Both the position numbers and the translations under genes were made by a program. Positions 49,098-57,316 of a DNA stretch of 64,000 nucleotides are shown here, piece after piece. The notes beneath the pieces are model-generated. The model was given only the letters and a program-made list of their open reading frames with translations, was not told where the DNA came from and made no database searches. The stretch spans positions 2,493 through 66,492 of the forward strand of contig JAQUOD010000008.1 of NCBI GenBank assembly GCA_028717245.1, read 5' to 3'. Within the stretch, counting starts at the first letter, position 1. Each line of letters opens with the position of its first letter. Source of the DNA: Candidatus Omnitrophota bacterium. Its GTDB lineage: Bacteria; Omnitrophota; Gorgyraeia; Gygaellales; Profunditerraquicolaceae.

Positions 49098-50354
49098 TTA
49101 TAATTCAATCTTAATTTCTTCGCCGTTATCCCACAGATAATTAAAATGTTCGATATATTGATTAAGAATATGTCGCGGGCAATTGGGAAAGATAACAAAA
49201 CAATTTACTTCCGAGAAATTGTCATTTTTTACTATCTTCCCTTTGCCCTTTCCCATCTCCATTTTCCTGAGACCAAAAGCGAACTGGGTAGAAGTATAAT
49301 TGGCAGTAGAAATTAAAAGCGTATTGTCTATAATCATAAACTTATCGTGTGCCAAATTGTTATACTTCTGTCCGGCATGCATTACATACTGAAAAATCGT
49401 TTCCGCTATTGCTGCGCGCCGCTTATCAGCCAAGCTGGTGTGAGGCACCTGTTTTAGAAACCGAAATTCTATGGCAGGAGAACTGCAAAATTTTGTATAA
49501 ATTGCATTAATTACTGAGCTTGCATTAGGATCAAAAGAGGAAAGGTCATGAAAATGCTGAGCACATACCCAAATCCTCGTTTTTGCTTTCTTAATAAGAT
49601 TTATGATCCGTTTTAGGACATAGTGATTGCTGCCATCTTCATCATAATAATAAAATGGCGCTGTAAAAAGGCAGTTATTGAATACTTTATTTTTGTGGAT
49701 TTCCCTACCAGCACACGAAAATAAGAATTCCTTTCTTGAAGTATTGAATTCTTTCAAAAAAATATTATACGGGACTGAGTATTTTTCGAGGTCTTTAAAA
49801 AAATCCCTAAAGGCGGCTTCGACTTTTGGCATACTTTCAAGTACGATCAAATTCTCGCTATGCTGCGGATCACCAAACATGAAATTGCCAGAAGATAGGA
49901 TGCATTTGGTTCTATCATTTTTATAACTAGCGAGAATCGCCTTAACATGAAAACTGAAAGAAGCTCCCCCATCAGCATACAATGCCCCATACCAAGCATA
50001 CAGGTGAGGGAAAATATACAAGGACATATTTCTTGTTGAACTAATTTTATTATAAATTTGCTTTGCAATATGCCGAGGGGAAACTTTTCCTCTTCGTCCA
50101 TTTACGCTAACTTTCTTATTGTTATACCCAGATAAAGGAAGCGAAGTAATCTTGATCTTGCATCCTAAAGAGGCTAATTGTTCCAAAAAACTGAAATAGG
50201 CAGGGTTGTTAAATAAATATGCGGCGATATGAATTTCCTTTGCCCCCCTCAGCTCTTTAAATAAATCAGCCATAAGTTGAGGGCAACTTCCTTCTGGTAA
50301 TTTCTTTCCGCTACGTAAACCGGGTGGAATTCTACAATATGCCCGAATAGACAT
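49098..50354 (-). CDS. Phospholipase-D-family (HKD) nuclease domain protein, candidate restriction endonuclease (BfiI/NgoAVII-type)
   Basis: HDKFMIIDNTLLISTANYT matches HxK(x)4D(x)6(G)SxN. There is a second degenerate HVK...SSGN element. Confidence 0.55.
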   Translation of the reverse strand: MSIRAYCRIPPGLRSGKKLPEGSCPQLMADLFKELRGAKEIHIAAYLFNNPAYFSFLEQLASLGCKIKITSLPLSGYNNKKVSVNGRRGKVSPRHIAKQIYNKISSTRNMSLYIFPHLYAWYGALYADGGASFSFHVKAILASYKNDRTKCILSSGNFMFGDPQHSENLIVLESMPKVEAAFRDFFKDLEKYSVPYNIFLKEFNTSRKEFLFSCAGREIHKNKVFNNCLFTAPFYYYDEDGSNHYVLKRIINLIKKAKTRIWVCAQHFHDLSSFDPNASSVINAIYTKFCSSPAIEFRFLKQVPHTSLADKRRAAIAETIFQYVMHAGQKYNNLAHDKFMIIDNTLLISTANYTSTQFAFGLRKMEMGKGKGKIVKNDNFSEVNCFVIFPNCPRHILNQYIEHFNYLWDNGEEIKIEL

Positions 50355-50356
50355 CG

Positions 50357-50587
50357 TTACTTAAACAACTCCCTTATATCAACGTTTAAAGCTTTAGCAA
50401 GTTTTTCAATATTCTTTAAAGCAATATTTCTTTTACCACTTTCAACCTGCCCAATATAAGTACGGTGTAAATCAGCTATCTCGGCAAGCTTTTCTTGAGA
50501 GAGCTTTTTCTTTATGCGATATTTGCGAACTTTAGCGCCAAATTGCTCTAAAATTACAGACATGGTAACCCCTCCTTTTATTGACAA
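50357..50587 (-). CDS. Controller (C) protein-like XRE-family HTH regulator
   Basis: 76 aa, KLSQEKLAEIADLHRTYIGQVESGKRNIALKNIEKLAKAL. It is the first gene of the operon, with its stop 3 nt before the nuclease start. Confidence 0.7.
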   Translation of the reverse strand: MSIKGGVTMSVILEQFGAKVRKYRIKKKLSQEKLAEIADLHRTYIGQVESGKRNIALKNIEKLAKALNVDIRELFK

Positions 50588-50657
50588 TATTGTATACTTA
50601 TGTTATATTTAAGTCTACAGAATCGGAGTAACATTATCATAAACAGAAACGGCTTTT

Positions 50658-51150
50658 CTCCCTCTAAAAATTTCGCCAGTTTTTTGAAAAGATAGCGCTA
50701 GGCGGGGCGCGGGGTGGGGGCCGCGCCCCGCCAAAGCAGTTCTTTGAAGCACCGAACGCAAGAGGCGGGGCAAAGCGCCGTCCTTGTAGTTTTTAGCGTA
50801 GCTTAAGGCGCTACGGCCGAGCCCGTTCTTTCCTAAAAAATTTTGTTTTTAAGATGTAAAGAGAGCTTCAAGCGAGGACGCACGCCGCGACCGTGTATTT
50901 TTTTATTGTTGTAGCGGCGAGCCACGCCGCACACGCATTGCATTAGCAAGAAGCGAGCGGCCCAGCGAGCGCCCAGCGACCCCGAGCCCTAAGCGAGGGG
51001 GAGCGGTGAATCGCAAGATACGGGAGCGCCCCCCAGGGCGCGGTGCATTTTAAGTTGTTTCCTTAGAGACCAGCTTTACCCCGGTATTAGAGACAAAAAA
51101 CGACAAAAGGCGGGGCAGAGTGTAGCTATAGCGGGAGAGGTTGTTTCCGG
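50658..51150. repeat. Right copy of the 492-bp inverted repeat
   Basis: Reverse complement of 43727..44218. Confidence 0.85.
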
Positions 51151-51259
51151 AGAAAGATTTGTTTGTAAGGGCGAGGAGATAGAGCTGTTTCAGGGCTTTA
51201 CCCCGGGGGAGTTTCTCAGGGAAGAGAAAGACAAAAATTTAGAGCCAACTCCCATAGGG

Positions 51260-51351
51260 AACCCCATTTTTCTTTCGGCCATTTTTGGGCGAAATAAACA
51301 TAAGGTAACTTGTAGTCAAAACGCAACTTAGCGTCGGCGAGCCGAAAGTTC
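51260..51351. repeat. Left copy of a perfect 92-bp inverted repeat bracketing the serine recombinase gene
   Basis: Identical to the reverse complement of 52842..52933 (ccccatttttctttcggccatttttgggcgaaataaacataaggtaacttgtagtcaaaacgcaacttagcgtcggcgagccgaaagttcg). Confidence 0.85.
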
Positions 51352-51490
51352 GCTTTTGCTGCGCAAAAGTTTATGCTTCGCTTAATGCCAATCTTTTCTT
51401 TATACCGCGCTATGTAATATTTAGATTTTTTGAGCTATCGAGGGCTCAAAAAATTTTAATTGGCAGTCGCCAATTTTCAAGGAGGTATTT

Positions 51491-52939
51491 ATGAACAGAT
51501 ATTTCTTGTATGCCCGCAAATCCACCGATTCGGAAGACAGGCAAGTCCTCTCTATCGAAGCGCAACTTGCGGAATTAAGAGAATTCGCTAAGCGACAAAA
51601 CCTGTTTATTAAGGAAGAGCTATTTGAAGCGAAGACCGCGAAGCAGCCCGGACGAGAAGTTTTTAACTTGTTGGTGAAACGCATTGAGCGAGACGAGGCA
51701 AACGGAATACTTGCCTGGCATCCTGACCGCTTAGCGAGAAACTCGATGGATGGCGGGAAGATAATTTACTTAACCGACACAGGCAAACTGGTGGATTTGC
51801 GGTTTCCTACTTACAGCTTCGAGAATACGGCACAAGGAAAGTTTATGCTCTCGATTATCTTCGGCCAGTCGAAGTATTTTGTTGATAATCTCTCTGAGAA
51901 CGTCTTGCGCGGCTTCCGCCAGAAGCTAAGGCGCGGTGAATATCCGGGCTTTGCTCCTTTAGGTTATAAAAATAATATCCTTGATCACTCAATAGAAGTC
52001 GTGCCGGAAGCCGCGCATAAGATTAGAGAACTTTTCGAACTGTATGCGACTGGCCGCTACTCAATGGAAGAGTTAAGAAAATTGGCGACTGCCTCTGGCT
52101 TGGCCAGCAGAAGGAAACATGTCAGGCTGAGCCTTAGCAATATCGAGCGCATCCTCAAGAATCCTTTTTATTTCGGCGCATTCAGATTTAAAGGCGAACT
52201 CTACGAAGGCACGCATCCGCCGATTATAACTAAAGAACTTTTTAATAAAGCGCAGGTCGCGCTTAGGCTACGCAGTAAGCCGCACATTAACGCACCGCAT
52301 TATCATGTCTTTCGCGGTTTTATACAATGCGCCGAGTGCGGCTGTATGATCACTTCCGAAATCCAGAAACAGAGATATATCTATTATCGTTGCACTCGTA
52401 AGCGCGGCGGATGCGGGCAACCTTTCTTGCGAGAGGATGCGCTCGTCAGTCAAATTAGCGAAGCCATCGAAAAAGTTGCGATTAGCACAGACTTAAAGAA
52501 ATTTTTGTTTGATAAGATAGATAGCGAGGCTTCTGCTGGTCTACCTCCCTCTGCTTCTACCCTTGCCCTCAATAACAGGATTACAGAGATAGACCGAAAA
52601 CTTAATATGCTCTTAGATAGCTACATTAGTCAGGTTATAAGCGAAGAGGAATACAAGAAAAAGAAGTCAATTTTGCTCAGTGAGAAGTTAGAATTGAAGG
52701 AAAAATTGACAAGCGATGAGGGCAAGGGTAAAGTTTGGCTCGAACTGGCTCGAACTATTGTAACTTCTGCTGGCCAAGCCAGTTACATAGCGCGGAAGGG
52801 ATCGCTGGAAGAAAAACGGGAGTTTGTGAAAAAGATTGGCTCGAACTTTCGGCTCGCCGACGCTAAGTTGCGTTTTGACTACAAGTTACCTTATGTTTAT
52901 TTCGCCCAAAAATGGCCGAAAGAAAAATGGGGTGGCTGA
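51491..52939 (+). CDS. Large serine recombinase (resolvase/invertase catalytic domain, recombinase domain, zinc ribbon, coiled coil)
   Basis: YARKSTDSEDRQVLSIEAQ (catalytic Ser region), zinc ribbon CAECGCM...YYRCTRKRGGCGQ. GGAGG Shine-Dalgarno 7 nt upstream. Confidence 0.85.
   Translation: MNRYFLYARKSTDSEDRQVLSIEAQLAELREFAKRQNLFIKEELFEAKTAKQPGREVFNLLVKRIERDEANGILAWHPDRLARNSMDGGKIIYLTDTGKLVDLRFPTYSFENTAQGKFMLSIIFGQSKYFVDNLSENVLRGFRQKLRRGEYPGFAPLGYKNNILDHSIEVVPEAAHKIRELFELYATGRYSMEELRKLATASGLASRRKHVRLSLSNIERILKNPFYFGAFRFKGELYEGTHPPIITKELFNKAQVALRLRSKPHINAPHYHVFRGFIQCAECGCMITSEIQKQRYIYYRCTRKRGGCGQPFLREDALVSQISEAIEKVAISTDLKKFLFDKIDSEASAGLPPSASTLALNNRITEIDRKLNMLLDSYISQVISEEEYKKKKSILLSEKLELKEKLTSDEGKGKVWLELARTIVTSAGQASYIARKGSLEEKREFVKKIGSNFRLADAKLRFDYKLPYVYFAQKWPKEKWGG
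52842..52933. repeat. Right copy of the 92-bp inverted repeat (the last 31 codons of the recombinase plus the first nucleotides of the tRNA-His 3' end)
   Basis: See 51260..51351. Confidence 0.85.
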
Positions 52940-53007
52940 CGGGGATCGAACCCGCAAAACCTCTAGAGCCACAGTCTAGCGCTCTGACCGATTGAGCTAC
53001 AGCCACC
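52928..53007 (-). tRNA. tRNA-His (anticodon GTG) with extra 5' G-1 and encoded CCA
   Basis: Cloverleaf folded by hand: acceptor GTGGCTG/CAGCCAC, D-arm GCTC...GAGC, anticodon stem CTAGA/TCTAG with loop CTGTGGC, T-loop GGGTTCGATCCCC. Confidence 0.8.
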
Positions 53008-53018
53008 AAAATTATTTG

Positions 53019-53477
53019 TTATGCATGCAGAATAGCGTGACAATTACAGCATATTCTTTCTAAATTATCAATTTTATTATTTCTTCTATTCCCATCCTTA
53101 TGATGGACAATCAATACCCTTTTATCGGAAATCCCGCACCTTGCGCATTTATATGGAATATTATACCTGCGCATTAAATCACGGTAAACAGTTTCCCCAG
53201 AAATCCAATTTGGAGCATTAACACCATAACGGACATTCTTATTCTCCCAAGAACAATGGCAAGCTACGCCACAGAAGAATTTATTTCGTTTTGACCTTTT
53301 AAAATCTTTAGGCGTCCTCCAAATTTTTTTGCCGCAATAAGCACATTCAACCCATTTACCTTTAAACTGCGCTTTAGTGCGGCACTTTACGGAACAACAT
53401 TTACCCCAACCCTTTTTCGCATGAAAAGGCTTTACATAGAATTCCTTGCCGCAAATCTTACATTTTCTATATGGCAT
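53019..53477 (-). CDS. HNH endonuclease (Cys-rich zinc-finger)
   Basis: VHHKDGNRRNNKIDNLERICCNCHAILH HNH motif; multiple CxxC pairs. Confidence 0.75.
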   Translation of the reverse strand: MPYRKCKICGKEFYVKPFHAKKGWGKCCSVKCRTKAQFKGKWVECAYCGKKIWRTPKDFKRSKRNKFFCGVACHCSWENKNVRYGVNAPNWISGETVYRDLMRRYNIPYKCARCGISDKRVLIVHHKDGNRRNNKIDNLERICCNCHAILHA

Positions 53478-53571
53478 AATGGAATTCTATCAAAAAACGG
53501 TAAAAATGTCAATATAATTAACTGAACCACAGTCATACGTTCTAACTAATTAAAATAACCACCAGATCTAA

Positions 53572-54555
53572 TTAATAAAAACTGGGCATTTTGTTTTTCA
53601 GCGTGAAATTGAAGACCAGCTTATTCGTCTTGCTGATAGCGCTGAAAATATCCATTACCGTAGAAATAATCTTCTGGGCCTTCTCTTGCCCCTCCACGAT
53701 TTCCGGTTTCTTGAATACAACGTCCTTTAGTTCCAGCCGGCACTTGGAAACAATATCGCCTGCCGTACCGGTAATATTACTGGTCACGTTCAATTTGGCC
53801 TTTTCTATGTGCGCCTTTTCTATATCCACCCATTGGGAATAATAAGGGTAAAGATAAACGGCATCAATATCATTAATCTTTAGAGTGGCCTGCATCTCTT
53901 TTTTGAATAAATTCAGCTGGCCTTCTGCTTCGATACTGCCCTCCTGCTCTCCCTGCTGCCAGGGAATCTTTCCTTCTAATTTAAAATCCGTAGCTACCGA
54001 ATACGGATACAAGTAGAAATTGGTCAGGGTGAAATTTATATCTTCTACGGTAATCTTGATCCCCTCGCTGCCTACCGTATGATCGATAAAATATAACTTA
54101 CCCTCTTTTATACTTAAACGTTTAAACGCCAGAGCCACAGGGCGCGGGCTTTTATCCGTAGAGGAAAGGCCCTTTGTGGTTACTGATGCGGGGATAAGAA
54201 CAGCCGTATTGCCGGAATTGCTAGCCGCTACGGAGAGTTGCTTCTCATAGGTAAATTCCGGCCTTACCAGCCTGACATCATTTAAGACGATTTTTCCGCT
54301 CAATAACCCTAATACGCTCGGAGAAATAGAGGCATAATCTACTTTCGCCAGGCCTTCTATATTCAGCTTTCTGACCTCTAAATTTAAAGGCAGGGTCAAA
54401 CCGATATAACCTATATTAGTTTTCTTGCCTGTTAAATTCTCAAGCTGCTTGCTGACAAGTGTTTTGCCCTGTAAAAGCAAAAATACAGAAGCAAGCGCAA
54501 AGATGAACGCGAAACAAATAACTCCGATGATTAAGATTTTTTGTAATGTTTTCAT
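53572..54555 (-). CDS. AsmA-like N-terminal domain membrane protein
   Basis: TM anchor and AsmA-like beta-rich region. Confidence 0.45.
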   Translation of the reverse strand: MKTLQKILIIGVICFAFIFALASVFLLLQGKTLVSKQLENLTGKKTNIGYIGLTLPLNLEVRKLNIEGLAKVDYASISPSVLGLLSGKIVLNDVRLVRPEFTYEKQLSVAASNSGNTAVLIPASVTTKGLSSTDKSPRPVALAFKRLSIKEGKLYFIDHTVGSEGIKITVEDINFTLTNFYLYPYSVATDFKLEGKIPWQQGEQEGSIEAEGQLNLFKKEMQATLKINDIDAVYLYPYYSQWVDIEKAHIEKAKLNVTSNITGTAGDIVSKCRLELKDVVFKKPEIVEGQEKAQKIISTVMDIFSAISKTNKLVFNFTLKNKMPSFY

Positions 54556-54577
54556 GGCTTATATGGTTTAAATTATA

Positions 54578-54654
54578 TGGTGCGCCTGGGCCGGATCGAA
54601 CGGCCAACAACCGGCTTAGAAGGCAGGTGCTCTATCCAATTGAGCTACAGGCGC
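54578..54654 (-). tRNA. tRNA-Arg (anticodon TCT), CCA encoded
   Basis: GCGCCTGTAGCTCAATTGGATAGAGCACCTGCCTTCTAAGCCGG...TTCGATCCGGCCCAGGCGCACCA. There is one mismatch in the anticodon stem. Confidence 0.75.
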
Positions 54655-54672
54655 ATAAAACAAATTATCAAA

Positions 54673-54747
54673 TCGGGGCGACAGGACTTGAACCTGTGAC
54701 CTCAGCGTCCCAAACGCTGCGCTCTAGCCAAACTGAGCCACGCCCCG
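54673..54747 (-). tRNA. tRNA-Pro (anticodon TGG), no encoded CCA
   Basis: CGGGGCGTGGCTCAGTTTGGCTAGAGCGCAGCGTTTGGGACGCTGAGGTCACAGGTTCAAGTCCTGTCGCCCCGA. Confidence 0.8.
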
Positions 54748-54835
54748 TTAATCCTAACTAATTTAATACCACTTAATTATAACACTCAAAAAAAACTTTG
54801 CAAACGCTAAATTTTAGAGTAGACTATAATCAGTT

Positions 54836-57316
54836 ATGAAGAAAAAAATATTTATCGTTATCGCTTTGCTCCTTATCTTTTCCGTCTTCTGCGGCATAAT
54901 CTACCTTAATAATGTTTTCCTGCCCACTAAAGCCAAAAAACTCCTGGCCGATACCCTAACACAATCCCTGCATTACAATGTAGAAATAGGGAAAATAAAA
55001 TACAGCCTCATCAGGGGCTTTATCATCAATGACATTGTTATCTACGATAAAACCAAAGATAAAGAAAACACCCTGCTCACCGTCAAAGAAACCTCCTGCC
55101 ACATCCTCTTTTTGCCTTTAATCAAAGAAAGGAAAATTATAATCCCCGTAATACATATAGACTCTCCGTATTTATACATCCGCTACCAAAAAGACAATAA
55201 CTTTAATTTTTCGCGCGTATTCTCTCTTAAGGATAAACCACAGGATAAACCCGGGGTTAAACTTTCTTTCTTCATCTACAAGATAAATATCTTTAACGGA
55301 AGCGGCACCTTTCAAGACGAGCACTTCGAGCCTAAATTCACCAGAACCATCCAGGATTTCAGCATGGGCTTTAATCTTAAACCAATAGATAAAGTTGCAT
55401 TTTTAACCCAGGCTAAAATCATCTCGGATAAACAGACCATCACTAAAGTATCCGGCGAGGGAGAATACGGCTTTTTCTCTAAAGAGCTTAACGCAAAAAT
55501 CAGCTTAGCCAACCTTATTCTCCCCGAATTCAATCCTTATTTCAGGGGCCTGCCCTTTTCTATTGCCACAGGAGCGGTAGAAAACGGTAAATTTGAATTG
55601 AAATTTAAAGACGGCCTTGCGAACCTGAAAGGATCCCTTGCGGTAAAAGGACTGGCCTTAGGCAAAGGCAACCTGAACCTGACAGGGGATATTAATATCG
55701 TGCCGGAGTTAAGTTATGACCGTAAAAAAGACATCTTCAACTATCAGGCCAATTTACAGCTCCTGCAGGCTAATCTTACCGGGATTCAATATATAAATAA
55801 ATTAAATAATATTTCCGGGGACATAGGTTTGACCAATGACCGGATCTGGACGAATAACCTAAAGTTACAAGCGCTGGATTGCGCATTCCTGCTTAATGGC
55901 GCGATAGAAAACCTTATAAACCCTTCTCTCAAAGCCAACCTTACCTGCGAACAACTCAACTTAGAAAAATTATTTTCAATCCTACCTTCTAAACCCAAGG
56001 GTTTTAATTTAAGCGGCACCTCCAAAACCCGCATAGATATAGAAGGCCCCATAAACAAACTTCCCTTGGGCATAAAAGCGAACCTGGAATTAAAAGACGC
56101 AAAAATAGAGGCTGCATTATTAAAAGATCCGCTAAAGAATATAAACGGGAAAATCGATTTAACTACCGATACCTTAAAGTGGACGGATTTATCTTTTAAT
56201 TACCTGGATACCGCCTATACCTCTATAGGGAAACTGGCAAGCTTTAATGCCCCCCAGTTAAACTTTACGCTTACTTCTAAAGAACTGGATTTAGCCTCTG
56301 ACATCAAGATTAAAAATGACCTGATAAAGATAAATGCCTTGACGGGTAAATACCTTGATTCTAAATTCAATATCAAAGGCAATATTGATACGCAAGATAG
56401 GGCTAACCCTATGTTAGATATGTACGCCGAAGTTAACCTTAAGCCCGAAGACGCTTTCGGATTCCTCCCCCCTGCCCTGGCGGAAAATCTGAAAAAAATA
56501 AAACCGCAGGGTATCTTGAATATCAAAGGGGCGTTAAAAGGCAAGGCGCCGGCTTATAAAGACTGGGAGGCATCCCTGACTGCTACTGCCCCTACATTTT
56601 CCGTATATGGCCTGAAACTTACGGAATTCTCTATCGAAGCCGCGCAAAAAAACGGAATATTGAAAGTCGTACCGCTTACTGCTTCTGCTTATTCGGGAGT
56701 GATAAGCCTCAATTTTATATCTGATTTAAAGCCGGCCCTTCCGGAGTACGCGTTAAAATTTGACGCCTCCAGGATTGAACTGGCCAAATTAAAGTCGGAT
56801 ACGGAATTTAAAAACCAGGACATAGCGGGGACATTGAGTCTTACCGCGGATTTAAAGGGCAATTTTAACGGCCCGGACAGCTTAAAAGGCCAGGGCGCGA
56901 TTTCTGTCAAAAATGGGAAATTGTGGCAGCTTAACCTATTTAAGGGCTTGGGAGAATTATTTTTGCTGTCGGATTATGAAAAAATCGTGTTTAAAGAGGC
57001 CTCCGCGGATTTCGTGGTTAACGATAAAAACATCTCTACCGATAACCTCAAGTTAGCCAGCGACCAAATGAAGCTAAATTGCCAGGGTCAGCTGGGATTT
57101 GACGGGGCATTGGGCTTTACGGTCTATACCGAAGTAAACAAAGAGCTCATCCGCGACTCATCGGACATCAGAAAATTTACCGCAGCGATATTGGGAGGCT
57201 TAAGCGATGCCCTGACTATCAAGGTAAGCGGGACAATCCAGGACCCTAAATATAAAATTGTCCCCGTAGCTGCGGATTTGATAAAAAACCTTAAGGATTT
57301 TATTTTAGGCAAGTAG
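54836..57316 (+). CDS. AsmA family/TamB-like large membrane-anchored periplasmic protein
   Basis: 826 aa, N-terminal TM anchor, repetitive beta-rich body. Confidence 0.6.
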   Translation: MKKKIFIVIALLLIFSVFCGIIYLNNVFLPTKAKKLLADTLTQSLHYNVEIGKIKYSLIRGFIINDIVIYDKTKDKENTLLTVKETSCHILFLPLIKERKIIIPVIHIDSPYLYIRYQKDNNFNFSRVFSLKDKPQDKPGVKLSFFIYKINIFNGSGTFQDEHFEPKFTRTIQDFSMGFNLKPIDKVAFLTQAKIISDKQTITKVSGEGEYGFFSKELNAKISLANLILPEFNPYFRGLPFSIATGAVENGKFELKFKDGLANLKGSLAVKGLALGKGNLNLTGDINIVPELSYDRKKDIFNYQANLQLLQANLTGIQYINKLNNISGDIGLTNDRIWTNNLKLQALDCAFLLNGAIENLINPSLKANLTCEQLNLEKLFSILPSKPKGFNLSGTSKTRIDIEGPINKLPLGIKANLELKDAKIEAALLKDPLKNINGKIDLTTDTLKWTDLSFNYLDTAYTSIGKLASFNAPQLNFTLTSKELDLASDIKIKNDLIKINALTGKYLDSKFNIKGNIDTQDRANPMLDMYAEVNLKPEDAFGFLPPALAENLKKIKPQGILNIKGALKGKAPAYKDWEASLTATAPTFSVYGLKLTEFSIEAAQKNGILKVVPLTASAYSGVISLNFISDLKPALPEYALKFDASRIELAKLKSDTEFKNQDIAGTLSLTADLKGNFNGPDSLKGQGAISVKNGKLWQLNLFKGLGELFLLSDYEKIVFKEASADFVVNDKNISTDNLKLASDQMKLNCQGQLGFDGALGFTVYTEVNKELIRDSSDIRKFTAAILGGLSDALTIKVSGTIQDPKYKIVPVAADLIKNLKDFILGK

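Larger units (their letters stand above)
43571..53007. mobile_element. Putative mobile or invertible module: 492-bp inverted-repeat-bracketed AT-rich cassette plus 92-bp inverted-repeat-bracketed serine recombinase gene abutting tRNA-His
   Basis: Nested near-perfect inverted repeats, a recombinase, a tRNA 3' end junction, and a compositional shift to about 30-33% GC inside the cassette (by eye). Confidence 0.4.

Noticed and set aside
50588-50657. C-box operator upstream of the C-protein gene
   Set aside because: I could only find weak dyad symmetry (gacttaaatat / atattgtc), which is not convincing enough to annotate as a site.
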